In this document: in pieces, positions 63,724-64,000 of the stretch
Position numbering within the stretch: the first letter of the stretch is position 1
Layout: every line of letters begins with the position of its first letter
NCBI RefSeq assembly: GCF_004010195.1
Contig: NC_057719.1
Location: forward strand, 89,341,403 to 89,405,402
Reading direction: 5' to 3'
DNA length: 64,000 bases
DNA from: Chiloscyllium plagiosum
Lineage: Eukaryota
The notes under the pieces: generated by a model
What the model saw: the letters and a program-made list of their open reading frames with translations, nothing else
Database searches by the model: none
What the model was told of the DNA's origin: nothing
Position numbers and translations under genes: made by a program

Positions 63724-64000
63724 CTAATATTATCACAACAGACGGCTCTAGCAGTTTCTTCTTTGCTATAACTAACTTTAGTTTAACGCATAAAGACTTT
63801 TATTAGCAAATTATAAGTCTAATCCTGTGTTGACTTGGTTCACCCGAGAACGTGTATAGGGTATAAGCAGGCAGGGGATAAGTTCTGAGTTTTATGAAAC
63901 AAGAAGTTCAGCTGAGCATGACTCAGATCAGATAAGAACTTGCAGTAAACAATGAGGTGCTGGAGGTAAGGATAATGGCTTAACAAGGTGAAAAAGCATT

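Noticed and set aside
44806..64000. RBM25 promoter or first exon
   Set aside because: No CpG island or recognisable exon; the region is TE-rich, so exon 1 probably lies beyond the window or cannot be seen by eye.

Overview
Vertebrate genomic DNA; the HE1-type V-SINEs, HER1/CR1 LINEs and Penelope repeats point to a shark or other elasmobranch (inference). The window holds the 5' coding half of RBM25 (splicing factor: Pro-rich N-terminus, RRM, RE/RD-rich region) on the minus strand. Nine coding exons run from the ATG at 44790 down to 2478, all bounded by AG/GT and with consistent phases. The gene continues beyond position 1, and the non-coding first exon was not found. Introns are mostly transposon-derived: many CR1 LINEs (two near full-length with an SGNH-esterase ORF1), a Rex1-type LINE, tRNA-derived SINEs, solo-LTR-like elements, Tigger-like MITEs and Penelope-like element (PLE) remnants. 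Most interesting: (1) at least three PLE pseudo-LTR families carry minimal hammerhead-ribozyme motifs, mostly sense to the RBM25 pre-mRNA; (2) an intron free of recognisable TEs (3511-6078) is dense with 5' splice-site consensus motifs and stop-containing candidate cassette exons; (3) a 16-nt AG|GT microexon or recursive-site candidate follows the first coding exon; (4) a ~1.17 kb (GAGAGAGAGCGC)n array grew from a seed in a CR1 5'UTR; (5) two locally templated inverted insertions. All calls were made by eye, and repeat boundaries are approximate.
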